From NCBI GenBank assembly GCA_964615625.1, contig CAZTQT010000001.1, forward strand, positions 12,438-76,437: a stretch of 64,000 bases of DNA, read 5' to 3'. Positions 29,572 through 39,104 of this stretch are shown here, in pieces. The stretch's first letter is position 1, and each line of letters opens with the position of its first letter. Below the pieces are notes generated by a model. That model had not been told where the DNA came from. It saw nothing but the letters and a program-made list of their open reading frames with translations, and searched no databases. The position numbers and the translations under genes are program-made. The DNA is from an uncultured Candidatus Saccharibacteria bacterium. Its GTDB lineage: Bacteria > Patescibacteriota > WWE3 > UBA101185 > UBA10185.

Positions 29572-32100
29572 TTAAAGTCTGTCTGTTGATTTCTTTTCAA
29601 AATCTTTTAAAGCAAGTTTTCTAGATTTACCGTTGTGTATATAGTAAGCTCCCATACCAGTCAAGATAGAAGATATTACTATGAATAATAGTTCTTCACT
29701 CCCTGTCTCTGGTACTGATTGGGTTGATTCTCCTAACACATTGTTTTGTACCTGTGTTTTATTTTGAGCGATATTGTTTGAAGTACTTCCTTGAACTGGA
29801 TTGGTGGTAATTGTAGCCAGGGCTGTATTCTTATGCCAACCATAAGGATACTTATTAAGATTGATAGCTATGCTACTTTCTCCTCTTTTACAGTGGTTAG
29901 TTGGTTTTATAATTATATTTTGCCAAGGAGCTACGTTGGCTAAGAATTCGTGACCATCGTTTTCTGTGTTGGATACTTTCCATGGATATTTTCCTGTACC
30001 ATCATCAATTTCTATATCAACTCTATCTGCATCAACTTGAACCCAAGTTAGTTGCATTCCCTTTACACCGTTTTTTTCTGCTGGCTTGAGTTCTATTCTT
30101 TCTATTGGTTCAGGTTTTTTCCAATGACATCTCGTATCAGGATGGAAAACAACCCTGTTCTTAAATGTTGGGTCATCGTTATCATCACCATCGAAACTTG
30201 GGGTAGCGTGGTATGCTTTGAAGGCATTCACCCTTTTACCTGTAAGTATTTTTCCACCCAGATCTCCAACATCGTCTCCTGTTTCTAAAACTATTCTTTT
30301 GACATCTTCTGGAGATAAAGTTGGGTTTTTACCCCATATTATGGCGGCTACGGCTGCTGCATATGGGCTAGCCATTGATGTACCATCCATTAGTTGATAA
30401 CTACCGTCGGCAGCTTCTGAGTCAACAATTTTTATATCATCAATGATACAACCATAATGTATTGTTGGGTCGTAATTACCGAGATTAACAGAAGGTGTTT
30501 GCCAGCGAATCCTTACAGTATTATAATTTTGCACGTGATTAGTGATACCTATTGATGCATAGCCTGCAAAAGTTTCGTTGTTCGCAAACACCTCTACCCA
30601 AGAGTAATTCTCATAAATTTCAACAGATAGTCTAGGTAACCCAGGGTTTCCGACAGGTGTCGGTAGAGAACAGTCGTAAAAAAATTGCATATACACTTGT
30701 TTTGGATCACTCATCGAGAATGAAGGTGAAAGTGTTATGTAAGAATCGGCTCCCGAGGCATACGTTCCAGATGGGAGCATAGCGTTTAAATCTGTGATTA
30801 AAGCTACATTACCGCTACCGTATTCTATAGTTCCCCAGTTGGGGTATGTTCCAGAGACATCAAGACCGCCTATATCTGGTGGGGTAAGGTTGTTAAAATC
30901 TATATTCACCATCCTTTTTCCCTCCAAACTAAGAATATTTTCACCAGGAGCGCCAACATCAACGGATTTTACACCGTAGTTTGAGAAAGTTGATAAATTA
31001 TCATGTTGATCGGTAGATGCTACAGATATTATGTTTGGCAAGTCATATGAAGCAGGGTACTCAGGAGTAATATCATTATTATCCCCAATACCATCAACCC
31101 CTCCGTTTCCTGCTGCAGCTACTACTAATCCGGGATATGTTTCTATAGCTTCTCTAAATGTCTCAGAATAGCTCGGACCTCCCAAACTCATATTTATTAT
31201 TTTTACTCCATGGGTTTTTGCATAAGAGATACTTAACAAAATATCTGTTAAATTAAAGCCACTGCTATCCCCAGCTCTTATGGGTAAAACTTTGACATTG
31301 TTATACCTGCTAATACCACTTATTCCTCCTGAATTATCTACAATACTGGCTATTATTCCTGCCACATGGCTACCATGACCGTCTTTATCATAAGGTTCGC
31401 TACTACCTAAAAAATCTACTCCTGGTACCAGGTTATTTTTTATATCTGTGTGATTTATAGCTACTCCTGTATCTATAACAGCAACAACTATATCTGACTT
31501 GTGTTTTGTTTCTATATCCCACATATCGCTTACATCCATATCCGCATCTTCTGTACCTGCGTTTCCAAAGAAAGATTGTCCTGTGTTTTCTAATGCCCAT
31601 TGTTGTTGATAGTGAGTATCATTTGGTGTGTAAGTAGGGTAGTAAATATAATTTGGTTCTACATATTCAACACGGGTATCTTTTTTAAGTTCTTCTATTT
31701 TTTCTTTTACACTTTTGCCATCAGATATTTTGTATGTTTCCACATTCATATTTTTTACAGATCCAACTTTTTTCAAATTTGCCAATTTTGCAATTTGGTT
31801 CGCTTCGGATTTATCATCAGAGTTAGATAGCCTTATCTCACTGTCTTTATATTTAACTACCACCTGTCCTTCTACATATTTTGGTCTACTTTTTTTATAG
31901 CTTATATTGGACCTTGAGGTAGAGTTTTTTGAAGACGGGTTAGAGAATATATTATGTTTCTCAGATTTATTCTGATTATTCTTTGTGAGCGCAATGACAA
32001 ATATCAAAAATGATATTGATAGAGCAGAAACGATAGGTGTGATGTTTTCTCGTTTAATTTTTATGAAAGGTTTATTTGAGTTTTTAAAAATACTATTCAT
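29572..32100 (-). CDS. Subtilisin-family (S8) serine protease, membrane/cell-wall anchored. Its C-terminal VPETG sorting signal is at ~29701-29715. Start is placed at ATG 32100; the longer ORF runs to 32232.
   Basis: VAVIDTGV (Asp), DGHGSHVAGI (His), GTSMASPYAAA (Ser); N-terminal signal anchor; C-terminal VPETG + hydrophobic helix + KSRK. Confidence 0.8.
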   Translation of the reverse strand: MNSIFKNSNKPFIKIKRENITPIVSALSISFLIFVIALTKNNQNKSEKHNIFSNPSSKNSTSRSNISYKKSRPKYVEGQVVVKYKDSEIRLSNSDDKSEANQIAKLANLKKVGSVKNMNVETYKISDGKSVKEKIEELKKDTRVEYVEPNYIYYPTYTPNDTHYQQQWALENTGQSFFGNAGTEDADMDVSDMWDIETKHKSDIVVAVIDTGVAINHTDIKNNLVPGVDFLGSSEPYDKDGHGSHVAGIIASIVDNSGGISGISRYNNVKVLPIRAGDSSGFNLTDILLSISYAKTHGVKIINMSLGGPSYSETFREAIETYPGLVVAAAGNGGVDGIGDNNDITPEYPASYDLPNIISVASTDQHDNLSTFSNYGVKSVDVGAPGENILSLEGKRMVNIDFNNLTPPDIGGLDVSGTYPNWGTIEYGSGNVALITDLNAMLPSGTYASGADSYITLSPSFSMSDPKQVYMQFFYDCSLPTPVGNPGLPRLSVEIYENYSWVEVFANNETFAGYASIGITNHVQNYNTVRIRWQTPSVNLGNYDPTIHYGCIIDDIKIVDSEAADGSYQLMDGTSMASPYAAAVAAIIWGKNPTLSPEDVKRIVLETGDDVGDLGGKILTGKRVNAFKAYHATPSFDGDDNDDPTFKNRVVFHPDTRCHWKKPEPIERIELKPAEKNGVKGMQLTWVQVDADRVDIEIDDGTGKYPWKVSNTENDGHEFLANVAPWQNIIIKPTNHCKRGESSIAINLNKYPYGWHKNTALATITTNPVQGSTSNNIAQNKTQVQNNVLGESTQSVPETGSEELLFIVISSILTGMGAYYIHNGKSRKLALKDFEKKSTDRL

Positions 32101-32164
32101 AGCAGTACTAATAATGATGCGTGTTTTTACCTGATTTGTAAACAGTTTTTCAAAGTTATCGTTA

Positions 32165-32443
32165 TCAGTTGGCAGTGTTTTTGCACGGAGCAAAATCGCA
32201 TTTAGGTGGGACTCTGCCAACAAAGCTACCATCAGGACATTTTCTTACATCTTGGGTGCAAAAAACAACCTCATCTTCTTCTGGTTCTTGTTCCTCTGTT
32301 TCTTTTACCGTTTCTATTTTTTCTGGAACTTTTTCTTGTTGTACCTCTTTTTTATTTTTGGAAGTTGTTAAGATACAAATTGTTATTAAGGATACCAATG
32401 CTAGAGATAAGATTATGACATACACAGTGGTCTTTTTACTCAT
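32165..32443 (-). CDS. Small membrane-anchored Cys-rich protein (four C-terminal Cys)
   Basis: N-terminal TM helix, acidic linker, CTQDVRKCPDG...CDFAPC. Confidence 0.35.
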   Translation of the reverse strand: MSKKTTVYVIILSLALVSLITICILTTSKNKKEVQQEKVPEKIETVKETEEQEPEEDEVVFCTQDVRKCPDGSFVGRVPPKCDFAPCKNTAN

Positions 32444-32488
32444 ACTGTAATTGTAACATCTTGTTGTTATCTAATGTAAAATTAATAT

Positions 32489-33244
32489 ATGTTCAAACCC
32501 CACAAAACACTTGGCCAGAATTTTTTATCCGATAAAACAATTGCAAAGAAAATGGTAGCCGCACTAGAAATCAGTCAAAACGATATTGTTATTGAGATAG
32601 GTCCTGGGAAAGGTGTTCTAACATCAATTATTACAGAACTTCCTTACGGAAAATTTCATGCAGTAGAAATAGACAGGCGTTTGTATTTAGAGTTATTGGA
32701 AAAATATAAAAATATAGATAATCTTGAAATTCACTGCGACAATATTTTGCAATGGTTACCCAAATTTTCCGCGGATGGGAAGGTTAAAGTAATAGCTTCC
32801 GTTCCCTATTACATAACTTCACCAATAATTCACCAGCTTATAAAAATGAAAAACAGACCAGCTATTGCTGTTTTATTAATACAAAAGGAAGTTGCAGAAA
32901 AGATTAAAAGTACTGCACCAGATTCTTCCTACATGTCTTCTTTCACGCAAACTTTTTTTGATGTTACTTATTTAGGTAAAGTATCTGCTAAAGATTTTTG
33001 GCCGGTTCCAGAAGTAGATGGCGGGATATTGAAATTATCATTAAAGAATATTGATATACCATCAGAATTTGTACGAAAGTATGAGGGGTTTTTACACAGA
33101 GCTTATTCAAATCCAAGAAAAATGTTGAATAAGGTTTTTAAGAAAGATGAGTTAGAAAAAGGTAAAATAGAACCAACACTTCGAGCACAAAATTTGGATG
33201 CGGAGGAGTGGTTTAATTTTTATAAAGTATTAAATGAAGTTTAG
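32489..33244 (+). CDS. rsmA: 16S rRNA (adenine1518/1519-N6)-dimethyltransferase
   Basis: LGQNFL, EIGPGKGVLT SAM-binding motif, VPYYITSPI. Confidence 0.9.
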   Translation: MFKPHKTLGQNFLSDKTIAKKMVAALEISQNDIVIEIGPGKGVLTSIITELPYGKFHAVEIDRRLYLELLEKYKNIDNLEIHCDNILQWLPKFSADGKVKVIASVPYYITSPIIHQLIKMKNRPAIAVLLIQKEVAEKIKSTAPDSSYMSSFTQTFFDVTYLGKVSAKDFWPVPEVDGGILKLSLKNIDIPSEFVRKYEGFLHRAYSNPRKMLNKVFKKDELEKGKIEPTLRAQNLDAEEWFNFYKVLNEV

Positions 33245-33968
33245 TATTTGCATACCAACATTAAATGAAGAGGGTTACATTGGAGGAATATTAGGATGTT
33301 TAGAGAAGCAAACACATAAGGATTTTGAAGTTGTTGTTGTAGATGGTGGTTCTGAAGATAAAACAAAAAATGAGGTAATGAAGTTTTCAAATAAATATCC
33401 AATTTCCTTTATTAAATCCCCCGAGCGTGGAGTGTCTTTCCAAAGAAACTATGCCGCAAAAAAATCAAAAAATGATTACCTAATATTTTTTGATGCCGAT
33501 GTTATGGTAGAAAACGATTTTCTTGAAAAGATAAACAAAGTAATAGAGGAAACTAGTGTTGATGTTTTAACTACTTGGAATAAACCCATTTCCGATAGAC
33601 CTGTAGATGAGTTTATATATCTTTTTATGAATATTTTTATGTTAGAGATGATAAAAAAAACCAATCCAGGGGCAATAGGTGTGTTTATTTGTGTGAAAAA
33701 AAGTTCTTTTGAGAAAATAGGTGGTTTTAGAGAGAACGTGAGTTTTGGTGAAGATTATGATTTAGCTAAAAGATTACATGAAAGTGGTTTTACCTATACT
33801 TTGTTGAAAAATCCAAAAGTTCATGTTTCGGTAAGAAGATTTGATAAAGAAGGAAGGCTTAATGTAATACTTAAAAACCTGAGAGCGGGCTCGTATTTTC
33901 TGGTGGATAAGAAACACTACATAGACAAAATCCAGGGTAAATTTAAACATGAGTTTGGGGAATTTTAG
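33234..33968 (+). CDS. Family-2 glycosyltransferase
   Basis: ICIPTLNEE, VVVVDGGSED, FFDADV (DxD), 11-nt overlap with rsmA. Confidence 0.75.
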   Translation: MKFSICIPTLNEEGYIGGILGCLEKQTHKDFEVVVVDGGSEDKTKNEVMKFSNKYPISFIKSPERGVSFQRNYAAKKSKNDYLIFFDADVMVENDFLEKINKVIEETSVDVLTTWNKPISDRPVDEFIYLFMNIFMLEMIKKTNPGAIGVFICVKKSSFEKIGGFRENVSFGEDYDLAKRLHESGFTYTLLKNPKVHVSVRRFDKEGRLNVILKNLRAGSYFLVDKKHYIDKIQGKFKHEFGEF

Positions 33969-34130
33969 ATCATGAGCCCGTCAAACCTTAGTTTGAAAGC
34001 GGGCTCTTATTTAGGCCCGATATCTTCGAACCTGTACTCTTTTTGATCCCGTCCTAAATTTAGGGCGATATTAAGTTGTTAATATAAAAATATCCTACAT
34101 TAGCCGTGTCGTCAATGTTATACTTGCCTC

Positions 34131-35066
34131 ATGAAAACGCATGTACTACAATCCGAGCTTTGGGAGAAGTTCAAAAATGACTACGGAACTCCCGCTATAA
34201 GATCTGGGAAGATACTCTATACAAAGCATAAAATACCTTTTTCAAATTATTATTACGCTTACTGCCCACGTGTTAACCCATTTGATATTGATTTTGAAAC
34301 TTTAGAGAAATCTCTAGTGGACAATGATTGCATTGCTATTCATTTTGATGTTCCAGATGTTACAAAGAACAGTGATAGAGCAGAGGAGGCAGAGAGTATA
34401 TTGAAAGATAAGTGTGTTAAATCAGCGAGGGAAGAGTTTGCAAAAGGAAATTTCTTTTTAGATTTGAAAAAAAATGAAGATGAGATATTGGTGGGAATGC
34501 ACAAAAAACACAGGTACAATATAAAATTGGCGCAAAGGAAAGGAGTAGTTGTAAGAGCAAGTACTGAGGATGATGATTTTAATATATTCTTTAATTTATA
34601 TCGTGAGACAGGGCAGAGGCAGAAGTTTTTTGCGAGAACAAGGATATATTTGGAGAAAGTTTGGAAGGCTTTTAGGGAAAAGAATGCTGCGTTTATCTTA
34701 GTTGCTGAGTATGATGGCGAGCCTCTTTCTGCTTGGATGTTGTTTGTATATGACAATGTCCTATATTACCCATATGGTGGGTCTACTGAAAGAGATAAAG
34801 ATGTGCAAGCAAGTTGTTTATTGGGGTGGGAGGCAATAAAATTTGGGAAAAATAAGGGATGTGATTTGTTTGATATGTGGGGAGCAGCAGAAGATATGAG
34901 TAATAAAAGTGATCCTTATTATGGATTCTCCGTTTTTAAGGAAAAATTTGGGGCAAACCATGTAAATTATATAAATTCTTATGATTATGTTATCAACGGC
35001 CCTTTGTACAAAATGTTTACACTAGCGAATAATGTCAGGTGGAAACTGCTTAATATTTTAAAATGA
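34131..35066 (+). CDS. FemAB-family peptidyltransferase (peptidoglycan cross-bridge formation)
   Basis: FemX-like organisation; HKKHRYNIKLAQRKG, YPYGGS, C-terminal GFSVFKEKFG. Confidence 0.6.
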   Translation: MKTHVLQSELWEKFKNDYGTPAIRSGKILYTKHKIPFSNYYYAYCPRVNPFDIDFETLEKSLVDNDCIAIHFDVPDVTKNSDRAEEAESILKDKCVKSAREEFAKGNFFLDLKKNEDEILVGMHKKHRYNIKLAQRKGVVVRASTEDDDFNIFFNLYRETGQRQKFFARTRIYLEKVWKAFREKNAAFILVAEYDGEPLSAWMLFVYDNVLYYPYGGSTERDKDVQASCLLGWEAIKFGKNKGCDLFDMWGAAEDMSNKSDPYYGFSVFKEKFGANHVNYINSYDYVINGPLYKMFTLANNVRWKLLNILK

Positions 35067-35965
35067 TACCTAAATCGGATATAAGACAGGGTGATAAATG
35101 GGCTAAATATCTAGAAGAGATGGGGTGGAAATCTCATAGAACGTCTAATGGTACAAACATATATCATATAAAGACTTTTTTGGGATCTGTAATAAAAATA
35201 CAGAGACCACCGCTTTTAAGTAATAAAGATTTGCAGGAAATAGAAAGTTACTGTCTTCCGTTAAAGCCGTTATTTATTAAAATAGAGCCTTTTGTTGGGC
35301 AAGATGTTTCAGTGTTGGAGCAGGCAGGTTACATAGAAAGTAACGAGCCCTTAATACCCTCCTCAACAATCTATATTGATTTAACCAAGTCAGAAGAAGA
35401 TCTTTGGAACAGCGTATCTCATAGCGGTAAGTATTCTATAAGAAGGGCTCAAAGAGAGGGGACTGTTACTAGGTTTTATCAAAACCCTTTAGAGGAACGT
35501 TTGCCTGAATATTTCAATTTAGTAAAAGAGACGGGAAAAAGGAAACGTTTCTACGTGCAACCGATGAAGGATCTTACAGCAAAAGTAAGAATATACGGAA
35601 AAAACTGTCATTTAGTAACATCTTACAATCAAGAAGGAACGCTTTTAAGTGGTAAATTTTATTTATGTCATGACGATATGGTTTTATATTCCACAGGAGG
35701 TACATCTGAAGCTGGGTTAAAAACTAAAGCTGGGTATGAGTTACTGTGGAAATCTATTTTATATTTTAAAGGCCTTGGATATAAGGTTTTGGATTTAGAA
35801 GGTAAGGATGACCCACGGTTCCCACAAGCTACAAAAAACTGGGGAGGTTTCAGTCATTTCAAAGAAAAGTTTGGTGGTATTAATGTGGAATTTCCTTATC
35901 CGTATATTAAATATTTTAGCCCCATTTTGAAACTCCTTTCAAAATTTACAGATTTACCGTTTTAG
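35063..35965 (+). CDS. FemAB-family peptidyltransferase, tandem paralog
   Basis: Parallel motifs GKYSIRRAQREG, YSTGGTSEAG, GFSHFKEKFG; ATGA overlap with the preceding gene. Confidence 0.6.
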   Translation: MIPKSDIRQGDKWAKYLEEMGWKSHRTSNGTNIYHIKTFLGSVIKIQRPPLLSNKDLQEIESYCLPLKPLFIKIEPFVGQDVSVLEQAGYIESNEPLIPSSTIYIDLTKSEEDLWNSVSHSGKYSIRRAQREGTVTRFYQNPLEERLPEYFNLVKETGKRKRFYVQPMKDLTAKVRIYGKNCHLVTSYNQEGTLLSGKFYLCHDDMVLYSTGGTSEAGLKTKAGYELLWKSILYFKGLGYKVLDLEGKDDPRFPQATKNWGGFSHFKEKFGGINVEFPYPYIKYFSPILKLLSKFTDLPF

Positions 35966-35967
35966 AA

Positions 35968-38862
35968 TTATTCCTTCTCTGAGAATGGACATATCCTTTT
36001 ATAAGGGCAGAATCTGCAGCTTTGCCCAGGGTTTGGTTTAAAGTTTTTTTCTTTTATACCGTCAACAACGTCTTTAATGACCTTTTTCTGTGCATCTATT
36101 TGTTTTTGTGTTCTGTTGGTAGATATTTTTTCTCCAGCTTCTAGGTAATAAAAACTTAAAGAATCGGGTTTAATATTTAAAGCTTCTTCTGCAGCCATTT
36201 TATATATTGTCATTTGGACATCATCGTCAACTTCTTTTTGGGTTTTGGAATTTCCTGTCTTGTAATCTATTATTTCCACACTTCCGTTTGGAAGTTTATC
36301 TATCCTGTCTATTTTTCCCTTAAGTTTTATACCGTCTATATCAAGTATAAAGTCCTTCTCTATACCTAGGTGTTGTACATCAATATCTTTATTGGTTTGG
36401 TAGTATTTTTCTAAAATTTTCTTTCCTGACTCAAAACGCTCCTTTCTATGTTCTTCGTTTTCATACCCCAGAGGAATCCACTCTTTATCATATGTATCTA
36501 TTAAATCTTCAAAAGAAGTATCATTACCAAACATTTTTTTAGTGTGAAATATTTTTAATACGTTGTGTATTGTATTACCAAAATTTAACGCACTACTTGG
36601 AGGGGTAGGGACGTTTAAAATATAAGAGAACTTGTATCTTAATGGACAAGCTAAGTAATTATCTATTTGAGAATAACTTATTGTTGGTGGTGCTTTCCCA
36701 TCTCCCCTTATTATTTTTGGATCTCTAAAGCTTGTTTCAACACCAAATATGCTTGTTTGCTTTTCTTTATCTTCTTCTATGCCTGGCCCCACTTCTTGAA
36801 TTTTTAGACCTGTTTCCTGTAAATAGCCACTTGGGATAGTGTCTCTTTTACCCCCATAATTTTTACTCAATGTCATAAACAAATATTTTTTGGCCCTGGT
36901 CATTCCAACATAAAAAAGCCTCCTCTCTTCTTGTATATGTTCATCTCCTGTTGGTAACGTTTCTTTTATTAAATCTTCGGGTATCTCTATTGTGTCCTTG
37001 CGATTTCTGGTTGGGAATCTGCCAGAAATAAGGTTTACCATGAAAACTACAGGGAACTCTAACCCCTTTGATGAATGGACGGTCATTAGATTTATAGTGT
37101 CTATATCTTCTATTTCAGCTTGGGCAGGGTTTTCCCCAGCCTCAATAACCATATCAAGATAGTCTATAAAATTTATAAGTGTGGGTATTTCTTTTGCTTC
37201 GTTGTAATAATCAACCTCAAATCTTTGTATTTTTGTTAAAAAAAGATTCAGATTCTTTATACACAGTTCATTTTCTACTGTTTCTTCCTTTAGAAATTGC
37301 TCAAGGTATTTAATTGAATTTACTAGTTCAAATGTTATATCTGTTGGTGTAGCTTTAGTTGTTTTCTTTTGTGCATCTTCTATATTTTCAATTATAAATT
37401 TGATTTTTTCGTTTTTAGATTCTTTTAATTGTTCCCATAAATCAATTCTTTTAAACCTCGATTGGGATAAAGAGTAGGATATATCCTCGTAAGATATATC
37501 CAAACTTTCTATATTTAAAACTCTGTACAAACTCATTCCATCTGAAGTATCAACAACCACTTTTATTAAAGAAATTATGTCTCTTACCTCATCTCTATCG
37601 TAAAGACCTCTATTACCAACTAGTTGATAAGGTAGGCCTTTTTTCCTTAAAGCCATGACAAAGGGGTCTAAATGATTATTGGCTCTAGCTAATATTGCTA
37701 TATCTTTATAAGTATATTGGGGTTCCTTTGCTAGTATATCTACGATTTTTTGAATTACTGTATTAACTTCATTTTCAACAATATCTGCTTGTATTATTTC
37801 TGGAATTATTTTGTCTTTTTTATTTTTTCTTTCCTCTTGAGATACACTTATTAATTTTTTGGAAATACCCAATTTTGATTCTAATGTATCTGGGTTATTG
37901 TTTTGGATTAATTTATATGCTGGATCTAGTATCTCTTGGGTAGATCGGTAATTTTTTATTAACGTTACCATCTCTGCACTTTTGTAGTCTTCCATAAATT
38001 GCAAAATATTTGATATAGCAGCTCCTCTGAATTTATAAATTGATTGTGAGTCATCACCAACCGCCAACAAACTCCTGCCTTCATCTTTTTCACCAGTAGG
38101 GTAAAGGAGCTTTATAAGTTCATATTGAGAGTAATTTGTATCTTGAAACTCATCTACAAGTATATGTCTAAATTGTTTTTGATATTCAGATAGTATATTT
38201 GGACGAGTAGCGAACAGCTCTATCAGCCAAGATATTATATTGCCAAAGTCCATCATTGAATTTTCCACCTTTAACCTCTCATATTCTGTGTATATGTATG
38301 ACAACTCTTCATACTTTGATTTTTCTTCATCAGTCTCATATGTTGCCTGATAAACATATGCTTCTAAATCTTTTGGTTTTATATTTTCATCTTGAAGTTT
38401 TGATATGAATTTCAAAATCTCAGATATAAATTTGGTAGGATTTCCTAAAGGTCTGAAATAGTTAAGTTTGAGAGAGAATAGGTGCTTTTTTATTAACATC
38501 CATTGTTCAGCTCCAGAAATTATTTTATAGGAAGGATCTATTCCTATTTCAATACCTCTTTCTCTTAATATCCTATCTGCGAAGGAATGGAATGTACTAA
38601 CCCAAGGTTCTTCATATCCAAGAGGCATTATATCTCCAATACGAGAGACCATCTCCTCAGCGGCTTTATCGGTAAAAGTTAGTGCGAGTATTTCATTGGG
38701 TTTACAACCTTTTTCTTGTATTAGGTGTTTTATTCTCTCTGTAATAACTCTTGTTTTTCCAGTCCCAGCCCCAGCTACAACAAGAATAGGGCCTGATTTA
38801 TGTTTCACAGCTTTAAGTTGTTCTTCGTTTAATTCAGATTTTTCTTTTTTCACAATATCCAT
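35968..38862 (-). CDS. UvrD/AddA-type helicase fused to a C-terminal RecB/Cas4-like PD-(D/E)xK nuclease with a Cys cluster
   Basis: AGAGTGKT Walker A, ILVDEFQDTN; C-terminal IIDYKTG (RecB motif III) and CRFCPYKRICPF. Confidence 0.8.
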   Translation of the reverse strand: MDIVKKEKSELNEEQLKAVKHKSGPILVVAGAGTGKTRVITERIKHLIQEKGCKPNEILALTFTDKAAEEMVSRIGDIMPLGYEEPWVSTFHSFADRILRERGIEIGIDPSYKIISGAEQWMLIKKHLFSLKLNYFRPLGNPTKFISEILKFISKLQDENIKPKDLEAYVYQATYETDEEKSKYEELSYIYTEYERLKVENSMMDFGNIISWLIELFATRPNILSEYQKQFRHILVDEFQDTNYSQYELIKLLYPTGEKDEGRSLLAVGDDSQSIYKFRGAAISNILQFMEDYKSAEMVTLIKNYRSTQEILDPAYKLIQNNNPDTLESKLGISKKLISVSQEERKNKKDKIIPEIIQADIVENEVNTVIQKIVDILAKEPQYTYKDIAILARANNHLDPFVMALRKKGLPYQLVGNRGLYDRDEVRDIISLIKVVVDTSDGMSLYRVLNIESLDISYEDISYSLSQSRFKRIDLWEQLKESKNEKIKFIIENIEDAQKKTTKATPTDITFELVNSIKYLEQFLKEETVENELCIKNLNLFLTKIQRFEVDYYNEAKEIPTLINFIDYLDMVIEAGENPAQAEIEDIDTINLMTVHSSKGLEFPVVFMVNLISGRFPTRNRKDTIEIPEDLIKETLPTGDEHIQEERRLFYVGMTRAKKYLFMTLSKNYGGKRDTIPSGYLQETGLKIQEVGPGIEEDKEKQTSIFGVETSFRDPKIIRGDGKAPPTISYSQIDNYLACPLRYKFSYILNVPTPPSSALNFGNTIHNVLKIFHTKKMFGNDTSFEDLIDTYDKEWIPLGYENEEHRKERFESGKKILEKYYQTNKDIDVQHLGIEKDFILDIDGIKLKGKIDRIDKLPNGSVEIIDYKTGNSKTQKEVDDDVQMTIYKMAAEEALNIKPDSLSFYYLEAGEKISTNRTQKQIDAQKKVIKDVVDGIKEKNFKPNPGQSCRFCPYKRICPFSEKE

Positions 38863-38944
38863 TTTACATTATTGGTGTTTAGATTTGATAAAGATCTAAT
38901 TTTCATTATAATTGTGTGAACTTAATAAGTAAGGAGAAGAGAAA

Positions 38945-39046
38945 ATGGTTAATATAGGTGTAGTGATTCTTGTTATAGTTATAGTTCTAGGGGTTTTGAT
39001 GGCAGTTTGTTTAAACTACTATGAAGAACACAAGGAGAAGTTGTAG
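38945..39046 (+). CDS. 33-aa hydrophobic micro-protein (MVNIGVVILVIVIVLGVLMAVCLNYYEEHKEKL)
   Basis: Strong SD AAGGAGAAG 6 nt upstream of the ATG; followed by a hairpin terminator; below the ORF-track size cutoff. Confidence 0.4.
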   Translation: MVNIGVVILVIVIVLGVLMAVCLNYYEEHKEKL

Positions 39047-39069
39047 CTTAGGAGAGTGTTATTTCTTAG

Positions 39070-39098
39070 AGGGATTTAATAGATTTTATTAAATCCCT
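39070..39098. terminator. Bidirectional hairpin terminator between the micro-ORF and rmuC
   Basis: AGGGATTTAAT-agatttt-ATTAAATCCCT, 11-bp perfect stem followed by a T-run. Confidence 0.6.
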
Positions 39099-39104
39099 TT
39101 ACTT

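Noticed and set aside
33963-34075. Possible tRNA or RNase P fragment (GGTTCGAAG, GAAAGCGGGCTC strings) in the spacer after the GT2 gene
   Set aside because: I could not fold a cloverleaf. T-arm and acceptor pairing fail. The GAGCCCG...CGGGCTC hairpin is better explained as a terminator.
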